Origin: Candidatus Hadarchaeota archaeon
GTDB lineage: Archaea > Hadarchaeota > Hadarchaeia > Hadarchaeales > WYZ-LMO6
Direction: 5' to 3'
Assembly: GCA_964509845.1 (NCBI GenBank)
Contig: CAZDZG010000002.1
Span: 1 to 44,468 of the forward strand
Length of the DNA stretch: 44,468 nucleotides
Positions within the stretch are counted from its first letter, which is position 1. Every line of letters begins with the position of its first letter. A program made the position numbers and the translations under genes. The notes beneath the pieces were generated by a model. That model saw nothing but the letters and a program-made list of their open reading frames with translations, was not told the origin of the DNA and ran no database searches. This document shows, piece after piece, positions 17,609 to 26,650 of this stretch.

Positions 17609-19453
17609 CTCCTCCAGCCCCAGCTCCCTGACCTTCTCCCTGGTGGGTATGCCGTTCCTGTCCCACCCCACCATCTCGTAGTAGGCGTCCAGCATCTCCT
17701 CAAAGGTCTTCCGGTCCAGCACCTGTCCCTGCGAGAAGCCGTCGGGGAGGGGCTCGGTGAAGAACCTGTCGGGCAGGGTATCGTCCTTCCGGCTTATCCC
17801 CTCCCTTACGTTGAAGAGCCTCTGGAGGGTCCAGATTCTCTCCCCCAGCCGGTCCACCCCGGCGGCATCCATCTCCCATCCCGTGACGGCGGAGAGGGAG
17901 GAGGCCATGAGCTCGGGGGTGAAGACTATGCCCGCGAAGAACTTGCAGAGCACGGCCGACTCCACCACCGTGTACCTCCTCTCCAGCGCCACCTCGGCCT
18001 TGACCTTTTCCCGGTCCAGGGCCTGCGGATCCATGGGGGAGTCCACCGGATACATCCAGGTCATGGTCCCTATGTCCAGGTATAGCATGCCCGTGGTGAT
18101 GTGGCATCCCCCCCTGTTGCCCAGGGCGTAGGTGAGGGCCATCCCCTTCATCGCCCTGGGCTCATACCCCGCGTACTCCAGCCCCTTGGTCTGCATGGCG
18201 TACCTCTCCGCCCCCCTTCCCAGCCTCTGGGCCGCCCTCCGGGTTCCCTCGGCCAGCAGGTCCCCTATCCCCCTCCTCTCCCCGATCCTCTTTACCAGCT
18301 CCACCATGGTCTCCCTGTTGCCCCAGCTGAGGTCCAGCCCGTCCGCCTCCTCCTTCCGCAGGATTCCCTTCTCGTAGCACTCCATGGCGAAGGAGATGGC
18401 CCTCCCGCAGCTTATCCCGTCCATCCCGTACTCGTTCACCAGCTGGTGGCAGACCGCCACGGTCTCCAGGTCGGAGTTGCCGCATCCCGCCCCGAAGGTG
18501 TTGACGTGTTCGTACTCCGGGCCCCACACCACCATTCCCCGGTACGGGCCCGATCTCACCACCGAGACCCTTCCGCAGGCTATGGGGCATCCGAAGCATC
18601 CCACCCTCTTCACCAGGAGGGTCCTGGAGAGGGTGGGGCCGGAGAGCTTCTCCCACTCCTCGAACCAGCCGCTCTGGAAGTTCCTGGTGGGGAAGGCGGC
18701 TATGCCGCTGGTGAAGGAGGTCATGGCATCCGTTCCGTAGAGGTGGAGGGAGCGCACGAAGGGCTCGGACTTCCAGATCTCGTACATCCTCCCCACCAGC
18801 TCGGAGACCCTTTCGGGGTCCGCCACCTCCACCCCCCCGTGCCCCCTCACCGCCACCGCCTTCAGCCTTTTCGAGCCCATCACCGCCCCCGCCCCCGCCC
18901 TCCCCGCCGCCCTCCCCTCATCGTTGATGATGGAGGCGAACCTGACCAGCCTCTCCCCCGCCGGGCCTATGGCCGCCACCCTCACCTCCTGGTCCCCCAG
19001 CTCCTCCCTTATCCTGTGCTGGGCCTGGCTGGTGGTGGTCCCCCACAGGTGATCGGCGGGCCTCAGCTCCACGAAGTCGTCGTCTATCCAGAGGTAGACG
19101 GGTCGGGGGGAGACCCCCTCCACGATCAGCACGTCGTAGCCCGCGAACTTCAGCTCCGGCCCCCAGTGGCCGGCCGAGCTGGACCAGCCCAGGATGGAGG
19201 TGAGGGGGGACTTGAAGACCACCACGTACCTGCCGGTGGGTATCCTGGTGCCGGTGAGGGGTCCCGTGCAGAAGAAGAGCTTGTTGGCCTCCCCCAGCGG
19301 GTCCGCCCCCGGCGGCACCTCCCTGTACAGGAGGTAGCTCCCCAGCCCCACCCCTCCCAGGAACTTCCTGGCCAGCTCCGGGGGAAGGCCCTCCTTCCTT
19401 ATCCTCCCGGTGGTGAGGTCGACCCTCAGAATCTTCCCGGCGTACCCCTTCAT
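17597..19453 (-). CDS. aor: Aldehyde:ferredoxin oxidoreductase family (tungstopterin) catalytic subunit
   Basis: GY.GKILRVDL, KSPLT, IGPAGE.LV.FA.I, GR.G.GAVMGSK.LKA, CFGCPIAC, GPEYE, RGGCH, DD.LP.RF, GWD..GIP. Confidence 0.93.
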   Translation of the reverse strand: MKGYAGKILRVDLTTGRIRKEGLPPELARKFLGGVGLGSYLLYREVPPGADPLGEANKLFFCTGPLTGTRIPTGRYVVVFKSPLTSILGWSSSAGHWGPELKFAGYDVLIVEGVSPRPVYLWIDDDFVELRPADHLWGTTTSQAQHRIREELGDQEVRVAAIGPAGERLVRFASIINDEGRAAGRAGAGAVMGSKRLKAVAVRGHGGVEVADPERVSELVGRMYEIWKSEPFVRSLHLYGTDAMTSFTSGIAAFPTRNFQSGWFEEWEKLSGPTLSRTLLVKRVGCFGCPIACGRVSVVRSGPYRGMVVWGPEYEHVNTFGAGCGNSDLETVAVCHQLVNEYGMDGISCGRAISFAMECYEKGILRKEEADGLDLSWGNRETMVELVKRIGERRGIGDLLAEGTRRAAQRLGRGAERYAMQTKGLEYAGYEPRAMKGMALTYALGNRGGCHITTGMLYLDIGTMTWMYPVDSPMDPQALDREKVKAEVALERRYTVVESAVLCKFFAGIVFTPELMASSLSAVTGWEMDAAGVDRLGERIWTLQRLFNVREGISRKDDTLPDRFFTEPLPDGFSQGQVLDRKTFEEMLDAYYEMVGWDRNGIPTREKVRELGLEELLA

Positions 19454-19944
19454 TTTCCGACTCCCAGCGCCTCCCCGGAGAGGGAGAGGGCCTCCAGAAG
19501 CTTTCTCCCGGCGGAGATCCTGTTTCTCAGGCTGGAGACCTCGGAGGTGACCAGCTCCAGGGCGTCGGTTGGACAGGCCTTGACGCACTCCGGATCCCCG
19601 TCGCAGAGATCGCACATCATCACCACGTGGCTCTCCTCATCCAGCACGATGGCCCCGAAGGGGCAGACGTTCAGGCACCAGGTGCAGCCTATGCACTTCT
19701 GCGGGTTCACCCTTATCCTGTGCTTCTCGTCCACCTCCAGCGCCCCCTCGGGACAGGAGCTCACACAGGGGGGCTTTTCGCAGAACTGGCAGCTCAGGGG
19801 CAGGAAGAAATAAGGGGGGACGAAGGTGACCCTGATGAGGGATTTCTTGGGGTTGTATCCCTTCTTCTTGGCCTCGGCACAGGCCAGTTCGCACGTTCTG
19901 CAGCCCGTGCACTTCTCCAGGTCCACCTTCAGGTACCTGCGCAT
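19450..19944 (-). CDS. 4Fe-4S polyferredoxin subunit (AorA/DmsB/CooF-like), partner of AOR
   Basis: Four Cys groups: CTGCRTCELAC, CQFCEKPPCVSSCP, CIGCTWCLNVCP, CDLC..C...CP. ATGA overlap with aor. Confidence 0.9.
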   Translation of the reverse strand: MRRYLKVDLEKCTGCRTCELACAEAKKKGYNPKKSLIRVTFVPPYFFLPLSCQFCEKPPCVSSCPEGALEVDEKHRIRVNPQKCIGCTWCLNVCPFGAIVLDEESHVVMMCDLCDGDPECVKACPTDALELVTSEVSSLRNRISAGRKLLEALSLSGEALGVGK

Positions 19945-19974
19945 TTTGACGTTTTGGCACCGGGGCTAAAAAGG

Positions 19975-21711
19975 CTATCCGTTCGGGCCGGGGCCAAGCT
20001 CGGAGAGGAACTCCACCCCCGGCAGCTCCATGAAGCTCCTCACCACCTCCTCCGGGCTCCCCTCCTTCACCACCTTCCCCTCCCACATCAGCAGGGACCG
20101 GTGGGAGATTTCCCTCACGAAGTCCAGGTGGTGACTCACCACCACCATGGTCAGGCCCAGCTCCCGGTTGAGGAGCTTCAGCGTGTTGGTGATTCCCCGA
20201 AGGGTTAGGGGGTCCAGGTCACCGAAGGGCTCGTCCAGGAAGAGGATGGCGGGGCGGAAGAGGAGCTCTAGGGCTATGGCCAGCCTTATCCTCTCCCCCC
20301 AGGAAAGCTCGAAGGTCTTCCTGTCCACCACCTCCTCCGGGAGCTGGCAGAGCTTCAGCGCGGGCTTTATCACCTTGGAGACGGCCTCCCAGGGGGCCAC
20401 GGGAAAGAGCTCCTTCACCAGCTCCCTGTCCAGACCGAGCTCCTCCAGTCTGGCCTCCGCCTCCCTCTCCGGGTAATCGGAGAGCCTGTAGAGGGCATCC
20501 ACCACCTCCTCCCTGAGCCCCAGCTCCTTTGCCCTTCGCTTGGCGTGGGCCAGGGCCCTCTCCCCCTTTACCCCCAGCCTGGCCATGGCCATCTCCCTGA
20601 CCGAGGCGTGGTAGGGGAGGTCGAGCTCCTGATGGATCCTGCCTATCCTCCTCCTCACCTCCATGGCCCGGTAGCTGAGTCTGGTTATGTTCACCGTCCT
20701 CCCCTCCATCCGGTACAGGACCTCCCCCTCGTCGGGCAGCTCCAGGCCCGAGAGGAGCCTGAGGAGAACGGTCTTGCCCACCCCGGAGGGACCCACGATG
20801 GAGAGGATCTCCCCCTTCCTCACGTCGAAGCTGACCCCCTTCAGCTCGAAGGTCTCCTTGAGGACCTCGGCGTAGTACTTCTTCCTCAGGTTCCTGACCC
20901 TCAGGAGGATTCCCCGCCTGGGAGGGGAGAGGGGAAGGGGGGGCTCCAGTCCGGAGAGGAAGTGGGAGATCACCTCCTTGGGAGGCCCTATCTCCACCAC
21001 CCTTCTCTCCAGCCACATCACCCTGTCGGAGAGGGCCAGGAGGAGGGAGGGCAGATGGGAGGCCACCAGCACCGAGATCCCCAGCTCCTCCCTGAGCCTC
21101 CTTATCTCTTCCACCGCCTGCTTTTTGGTGGCGGGGCAGGTCATGGTGACGGGTTCGTCCAGGAGGAGCAGCAGGGGCCTCTCCCCCAGGGCCAGCTGTC
21201 TGGCCAGCACCAGCCTCTGCTTCTCCCCCCCGCTGAGGGTGAAGGCCGGATGATTCTCCTTGTGAAGGAGGCCCACCGCCCCCAGGATCTCCCTGGCCCT
21301 CTCCCTGAGCCTGGCGAAGTCCTCGGAGTCCTCGGGGGGGAGGGGGAAGGACTCGTCCCCCGTCTCCAGGGCCTGGAGCCTCCTCATCACGTTCTCCAGC
21401 ACCGTCCCCTGCCAGAGCCCGAAGGAGCGCTGCAGGTGGATGGCCGTAAGCCCCCTGAGCCTCAGGTAGTCCTCGGGAGGGGAGGAGGGGGTGAGGACCA
21501 GCCTCCCCAGCCTCACCTCCCCCTTCTCAAAGGGGAGGGAACCCCTGAGGATGCGGATCAGGGTGCTCTTTCCTCCCCCGCTCCTGCCTATGATGCCCAG
21601 GATCTCCCCCTTCCCCAGCTCGAAGGAGACCTCCTCCAGGGCCTCCACCCTCCCCCCTCCCTCCAGCGAGTAGCCCTTGCAGAGACCCCTCACGCTGAGA
21701 AGGGGCTCCAT
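19975..21711 (-). CDS. Component A2-like dual ABC ATPase lacking the Zn motif (second AtwA paralog)
   Basis: GRSGGGKST/LSGGEKQR and GPSGVGKT/LSWGERIR, AIHLQRSFGLW, DEP.TM.CP.TK. No permease gene. Divergent from the mmp operon. Confidence 0.8.
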   Translation of the reverse strand: MEPLLSVRGLCKGYSLEGGGRVEALEEVSFELGKGEILGIIGRSGGGKSTLIRILRGSLPFEKGEVRLGRLVLTPSSPPEDYLRLRGLTAIHLQRSFGLWQGTVLENVMRRLQALETGDESFPLPPEDSEDFARLRERAREILGAVGLLHKENHPAFTLSGGEKQRLVLARQLALGERPLLLLLDEPVTMTCPATKKQAVEEIRRLREELGISVLVASHLPSLLLALSDRVMWLERRVVEIGPPKEVISHFLSGLEPPLPLSPPRRGILLRVRNLRKKYYAEVLKETFELKGVSFDVRKGEILSIVGPSGVGKTVLLRLLSGLELPDEGEVLYRMEGRTVNITRLSYRAMEVRRRIGRIHQELDLPYHASVREMAMARLGVKGERALAHAKRRAKELGLREEVVDALYRLSDYPEREAEARLEELGLDRELVKELFPVAPWEAVSKVIKPALKLCQLPEEVVDRKTFELSWGERIRLAIALELLFRPAILFLDEPFGDLDPLTLRGITNTLKLLNRELGLTMVVVSHHLDFVREISHRSLLMWEGKVVKEGSPEEVVRSFMELPGVEFLSELGPGPNG

Positions 21712-21764
21712 CTTACTAGAGAACTCGATGGGGCTAAAAGGGAGGCCCCACCCAGGAGTAGGAG

Positions 21765-23078
21765 GTGGTGAAGGAAGGAGTGGTCATCGTCTCCCCCGAG
21801 GTGTACTCCTACGGGGCCATGCTGATAGGGGGAGTTCTGAGGGAGGAGGGGTACAGGGTGAGGGTGAAGAGGGGGCTGGAGGGGATGGAGGGGGAGAGGT
21901 GGGTGGGGCTAAGTCTGACCTCCCTCTCCCACCTCAGGGAGGCCAGGAGGATCCTGCCCGCCCTCAAGAGCAGGGGGGCGAAGGTGGTGGTGGGGGGATC
22001 CATCACCCAGGTCCCCGAGCTGGTGCTGCGCCTGCTCCCGGAGGTGGATGCGGTGGTGGTGGGAGAAGGTGAGGAAACGGCCCCGGAGGTCTTCGAGGCC
22101 CTACGGGAGGGGAGGGAGCTGGAGGGGATCAGGGGGTTGGCCTTCCGCCGGGGGGAGGAGGAGGTGAAGACCCCACCGAGGGATCCTCCCCGCCTGGAGG
22201 GCAGGCCCCTCCCGGAGATACCGCCCGACGTCTGGAGGCAGGACATAAGGGGGGCCCAGGTCTACCTGGAGACCCACCGGGGATGCAGGGGCGGATGCGG
22301 CTTCTGCCAGGTCCCCTGCTTCTTCGGGAGGAGGGTTAGGTCCAGGCCGGTGGAGGAGATCGTGGAGGAGGTCAAGGCCTTCCTGGCGAAGGGGGTTCGC
22401 AGGTTCTCCCTCTTCGGGGGCACCTCCACCCATTACGGTGGGGACTTCGTGGAGCTGCTGGAAAGGGTGAGCGAGGTGGTGGGGCCTAGGAACCTCTCCG
22501 TTCCCGATCTGAGGGTGGATGAGGTGGAGGAGGAGGTGCTGGAGGCCCTCCGGAAGTACACCATAGGCTTCGTGATCTTCGGGATAGAGTCGGGCAGCGA
22601 AAGGATGTTAAGGAGGATGGGGAAGGGAATTACGGCGGAGGAGATAAGGGAAGGGGTGGAGAAGGCGAAGGAGGCGGGACTGGAGGTGGGAGGGGCCTTC
22701 ATCGTGGGTTATCCCGGGGAGACGGAGGAGGATTATGAGGAGACCAGGAGGATGGTGGAGGAGCTGATGCTGGATGAGTACACCATAAGCCTGGCGGATC
22801 CCCTGCCCGGCACCCCCCTGGCCGAGCAGGTCCTCCTCCTCCCGGAGGAGGAGAATCCCGTCTTCCAGAGGGAGGAAAGGGGAAGGGGGAAGAGGCTTGG
22901 CCTGACGGTGGCGGAAAGCAGGGCCCTTGACCTCATGCTGACCGCCGCCTGCGCCCGCTCCAGGCCCATTCCCCTCACCGACTCCTTCTACAGGAGGCTG
23001 GTGGAGGAGGTGAGGAGGCAGGGGGAGGAGATAAGGGCCAACACCAGGGACCTCAAGAGGTGCCTGGCGGGAAGATGA
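21765..23078 (+). CDS. Cobalamin-dependent radical SAM enzyme, probable MCR glutamine C-methyltransferase (QCMT/MgmA-like)
   Basis: N-terminal B12 domain (SPEVYSYGAMLIGGVL; VVVGEGE), IRGA.VY.ETHRGCRGGCGFCQVP (CxxxCxxC), PDLRVD, FGIESGS. Directly upstream of mmp3. Confidence 0.72.
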   Translation: MVKEGVVIVSPEVYSYGAMLIGGVLREEGYRVRVKRGLEGMEGERWVGLSLTSLSHLREARRILPALKSRGAKVVVGGSITQVPELVLRLLPEVDAVVVGEGEETAPEVFEALREGRELEGIRGLAFRRGEEEVKTPPRDPPRLEGRPLPEIPPDVWRQDIRGAQVYLETHRGCRGGCGFCQVPCFFGRRVRSRPVEEIVEEVKAFLAKGVRRFSLFGGTSTHYGGDFVELLERVSEVVGPRNLSVPDLRVDEVEEEVLEALRKYTIGFVIFGIESGSERMLRRMGKGITAEEIREGVEKAKEAGLEVGGAFIVGYPGETEEDYEETRRMVEELMLDEYTISLADPLPGTPLAEQVLLLPEEENPVFQREERGRGKRLGLTVAESRALDLMLTAACARSRPIPLTDSFYRRLVEEVRRQGEEIRANTRDLKRCLAGR

Positions 23079-24589
23079 TCAGGGTTCTCATCAACGGCCA
23101 GGGGAGGGAGTGCCAGCCCGACCTTCCGGTTCTGGAGGTCCTCAGGCGGGCCGGCGTCCTCCACCGCCCCGACTGCAAGATCCTGGTGACTAGGAGGAAG
23201 GGGGAGGAGGAACCGAAGGAGTACCTGATGGAAACCACCAAGGGAAGCCTCGTCTTCAGGGTGGAGGAGGGGGCGCTGGGCTGGTGGAGGGAGAACTTCC
23301 GCCTCTTCCAGGGAAAAGAAATGTGGTGGGAGACGGCACAGGCGGTGGTCTTCGGGCCCGTGGACCTCAGAGGAAGGGGACTGGTTCCGGGGAAGGGAAG
23401 GAGGAGGCTGGAGGAGGGGGAGCTCTTCCTGGGCTTCGGGGGCTTCGATCCCTCCCAGGCCTTCCTCGGTCTGGCCAGGAGGCCCCACGAGGGAGTGTAC
23501 GGGATACCGGAGGGATTCGTGCTGGGAGAGGTGGTGAGGGGCGAGCACGTGCTGGACGGGCTGGGGAGGGGGGACCAGCTCCTCTCCGTCTCCCCCCTGG
23601 TCAGGGAGAGGAGGGAAACGGTGAGGGGCAACCCGGCCTTCCTGAGGGTGGAGGAGGGAATGGAGATCTTCACCTTCGTGGAGGTGAACCTCCTCCCGGA
23701 GGCCGTGAGGGGGGCGGAGCACCTGCTGGGGGTCCTCAGGGAGGGGGTCTTCAGGGTGGATTGGGAGGGTTCCTCCTTCCTCTCCATGGAGGGGGTGCCC
23801 GTGGACGGCCTTCCCCCCGAGAACACCGTCATGAGGTTCAGGGGGGCCGTGACCGTCAGGAACGCCGGGAAGAGGGCGGGGGCCCTTTACCTCTACCGTA
23901 GGGATGCCCCGCCCTCCCCCCATCACAGCGTGGTGGGAAGGGTGGGCAGGGGGGAGGAGCTGCTCGACCACGCCTGCCGGGGGGAGAGGTTGCTCGTCCG
24001 GACCGTCCCGCGCAGGCTGGTGGTGGTGGGGATGACGCAGGGGGAGGCCTCCCGTCTGCTGGGGGAGGAGGGGATAAGGCACGTGAGGGTGGGGGATGAG
24101 AGGGACGAGGCGCTCATCATAGAGCAGAGGCCGGAGTTCAGCCTGGAGGTCAAGCGGGAAGGCGTGGTGGCCACCCTGGGGGTGGATCCGGTGCACGTGG
24201 TGAGGATAAGGCTGTGGGAGGACAGGGCCCCCAGGAGCGTGGCCCACTTCCGGGCGCTGGCGGAGATGGTGACCTCCCCGGTGGGGAAGCTGAGCATCAT
24301 AGCCCGCACGGAGGAGGTGGTCCTCCTCTCCAGCGTGAGGGGGAGGACCTTCAGGCCCGTTTCCCCCGAGAACGTGGCGGAGGGGGAGGTGGAGGAGGGA
24401 GTGCTTGGCATCACCAATTCCTTTCGCAGGCTGACGGGTCTGGCTGGGGTCAGGCTCAAGCCCAGCAGGAGCTTCGGCCCCACCGGAGAGGCTTTAGAGG
24501 CCACCAACCTGATAGGAAGGGTAATCGCGGGAATGGAGGCCCTGAGGAACGGAAAGGAGGGTGATGTGATATACGTGATGGAGGAGTGA
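23075..24589 (+). CDS. mmp3: Methanogenesis marker protein 3 (cyclophilin-like, MCR activation complex)
   Basis: FGP, GGFDP, VTVRN.G...G.LYLYR.D...S..HSVVG.V, EQ.PE, AP.SV.HFR, PEN, GITN..R...G..GVRL....FGPTGE....TN..G. Confidence 0.9.
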   Translation: MIRVLINGQGRECQPDLPVLEVLRRAGVLHRPDCKILVTRRKGEEEPKEYLMETTKGSLVFRVEEGALGWWRENFRLFQGKEMWWETAQAVVFGPVDLRGRGLVPGKGRRRLEEGELFLGFGGFDPSQAFLGLARRPHEGVYGIPEGFVLGEVVRGEHVLDGLGRGDQLLSVSPLVRERRETVRGNPAFLRVEEGMEIFTFVEVNLLPEAVRGAEHLLGVLREGVFRVDWEGSSFLSMEGVPVDGLPPENTVMRFRGAVTVRNAGKRAGALYLYRRDAPPSPHHSVVGRVGRGEELLDHACRGERLLVRTVPRRLVVVGMTQGEASRLLGEEGIRHVRVGDERDEALIIEQRPEFSLEVKREGVVATLGVDPVHVVRIRLWEDRAPRSVAHFRALAEMVTSPVGKLSIIARTEEVVLLSSVRGRTFRPVSPENVAEGEVEEGVLGITNSFRRLTGLAGVRLKPSRSFGPTGEALEATNLIGRVIAGMEALRNGKEGDVIYVMEE

Positions 24590-25002
24590 AGGAGGTAAGG
24601 CTGCTGGTGCTCTCCCCCTCTTCTCCCCTCAGCCCCGGGGCCCTTTACCGCCACCTGGTGAGGGAGGGGTTCAGGCTTAGGATGAAGGAGACCTGCTTCG
24701 GGCTGGTGGTGGAGGGGGAGAGGGAGGAGGTGGAGAGGGCCGTCAGGAAGGCCAGGGAGCTGGACCCCTTCGGAATCTTCTCGAAGCCCAGGGCCTATCC
24801 GCCTGGGGACCCCCGGATATGCAGGGCCTCCAGGGGAGGAGGTCCCAGGATGGGCTTCTGCTTCCTGGACTACGAGGTGGAGAAGCTTCCCCTCCTCTCC
24901 GAGGCCCTGAGGGAGCCGGGGGAGGAAAGGGAGGAGGAGGGGAGGAGGAGAAGGCTGGAGGTGCGGGAGCTCAGGGAGATCCTGAAGGAGGAGCTGGCTT
25001 GA
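24586..25002 (+). CDS. mmp6: Methanogenesis marker protein 6
   Basis: KETCFG...EG, F.K.R.YPPGDPR.CRA.RGGGPR.GF. Confidence 0.92.
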   Translation: MKEVRLLVLSPSSPLSPGALYRHLVREGFRLRMKETCFGLVVEGEREEVERAVRKARELDPFGIFSKPRAYPPGDPRICRASRGGGPRMGFCFLDYEVEKLPLLSEALREPGEEREEEGRRRRLEVRELREILKEELA

Positions 25003-25436
25003 GGGTTTTCATCTTCCCGCCCAACAGCCTGATCCTGCACGAGCTGGTGGAGAGGTTCGGCCACACCCCCCTCTCGCTGGGCAGGGCGATGGGAGAGAGG
25101 GTGAGGGATCCTGGTCTGGACAATCCTCCCCTGAACCTGACGGAGGAGGACCTGGTCAGGGGGCTCAAGTACGTCTCCATAGAGGCCCCCTCGGGCGTCA
25201 GGGGGAGGATGGGGGTGCTGGGCCCTATGGTGGAGCAGGCGGAGGCGGCCGTGGTGGTGAGGAACGCCGATTACGCCTTCGGTTGCTCGGGCTGCGCCAG
25301 GGCCAACCTCCAGGTCCTGTATCTGCTCAGGAGGAGGGGAATCCCGGTGCTGGAGGTGGAGTACCCGAGGGACAGGGAGGAGGCGAGGAGGATGGTTAGG
25401 AGGATAGCGGAGTTCCTGAGGGGGTTGGGGAAGTGA
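24999..25436 (+). CDS. mmp5: Methanogenesis marker protein 5
   Basis: VFIFPPNSLIL..LVERFGH.PL, PP.N.TEED...GLKY...E.PSGVRGRM, FGC.GCAR.N. TTG start overlapping the mmp6 stop. Confidence 0.93.
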   Translation: MRVFIFPPNSLILHELVERFGHTPLSLGRAMGERVRDPGLDNPPLNLTEEDLVRGLKYVSIEAPSGVRGRMGVLGPMVEQAEAAVVVRNADYAFGCSGCARANLQVLYLLRRRGIPVLEVEYPRDREEARRMVRRIAEFLRGLGK

Positions 25437-26650
25437 CCAGGATAGCCCAGCTCTCCTGCGGGACGGAGTGGAGCGGGATCCAGGCCATGCTGGAGAGGGC
25501 GGCGGCCATGGTGGGGGCGGAGCTCTTCTTCCCCGAGGTGTCGCTCGAGGACATAGACCGGGCGGTGGAGGAGGTGGGGCTGGAGGTGCAGAGCCCCAAC
25601 CTCCGCCTCATGCTCGCCAGGGCGAAGGCCCTGGCCGACGGGGTTCCCGCGGATGGTGCCCTCATCCTCACCTGCTTCAGGTGCGCGGAGGGGGTGCTGG
25701 CCAAGCAGGCGGTGAGGAGGTACCTGCAGGAGAGGACCAACCTCCCCCTGGTCATGTACTCCTTCACCGAGAGGCCCAAGCTGGGGGAGCTCCTCATCAG
25801 GATGGAGGCCCTGGTCACGCTGGCGGAGAGGAAGGCCCTGCTTGCCAGGGAGAGGCAGGAGGGGCTGACCCTGGGCATAGACTCCGGCTCCTCCACCACC
25901 AAGGCCGTGGTGATGAGGGACAACGAGATCATAGGGACGGGCTGGGCACCCACCACGGAGGTGGTGGAGGCGGCGGAGAGGGTGAAGAGGGAGGCCCTGA
26001 GGCAGGCCGGGGTAAAGGAGGAGGAGATAGAGGGGGTGGGGGTCACGGGATACGGGAGATACCTGCTGGGGGAGGTGATGAAGGCGGACCTGGTCCAGGA
26101 GGAGCTGACGGTGGTTTCCAAGGGGACGGCCTTCCTGGCCGGGGTGCAGAGGGGTGAGGCCACGGTGATAGACATAGGGGGGCTGGACAACAAGGTGATG
26201 ACCCTCCTCAACGGCATCCCCGACAGCTTCAGCATGGGGGGGATCTGCGCGGGCTCCTCCGGGAGGTTCCTGGAGCTGGCGGCGGCCAGGCTGGGGGTGG
26301 ATGTGGTCACGCTGGGGAAGCTGGCCCTGCAGGGGGATCCCGAGAGGGTGAGGATGGACAGCTACTGCGCCATCTTCGGGATCCAGGACCTGGTCTCCGG
26401 GCTTGCCAGCGGCAGTTCCAGGGAGGACATAGCGGCGGCGGCCTGCAGGAGCGTGGCCAGGCAGGTTTTCGAGACCCAGCTGCAGGAGATAGACCTCAGG
26501 CTTCCCGTCATAGAGGTGGGGGGAACGGCCCTGGTGGAGGGGCTGGTGAAGGAGATGAGGGAGATCCTGAAGGTGGACATAAGGGTGCCGAAGTTCCCGC
26601 AGTTCGGGGGGGCGGTGGGGGCGGCCCTCCTGGTCTCAGGGAGAAGATGA
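25433..26650 (+). CDS. mmp15: Methanogenesis marker protein 15 (BadF/BcrAD-type Fe-S ATPase/activase)
   Basis: IAQLSCGTE.SGIQ, CFRCAEG, YSFTER, RMEAL, GIDSGSSTTKAVV, DIGG.DNK, MGGICAG.SGRFLE, SYC..FGIQDLV. Confidence 0.94.
   Translation: MTRIAQLSCGTEWSGIQAMLERAAAMVGAELFFPEVSLEDIDRAVEEVGLEVQSPNLRLMLARAKALADGVPADGALILTCFRCAEGVLAKQAVRRYLQERTNLPLVMYSFTERPKLGELLIRMEALVTLAERKALLARERQEGLTLGIDSGSSTTKAVVMRDNEIIGTGWAPTTEVVEAAERVKREALRQAGVKEEEIEGVGVTGYGRYLLGEVMKADLVQEELTVVSKGTAFLAGVQRGEATVIDIGGLDNKVMTLLNGIPDSFSMGGICAGSSGRFLELAAARLGVDVVTLGKLALQGDPERVRMDSYCAIFGIQDLVSGLASGSSREDIAAAACRSVARQVFETQLQEIDLRLPVIEVGGTALVEGLVKEMREILKVDIRVPKFPQFGGAVGAALLVSGRR

Noticed and set aside
9363-21711. ABC transporter interpretation of the two dual ATPases
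   Set aside because: No permease or binding-protein genes; A2-specific motifs and MCR-marker context.
21765-23078. Mmp10 (arginine methyltransferase) identity
   Set aside because: Mmp10 has an N-terminal radical SAM domain; here a B12-binding domain comes first.
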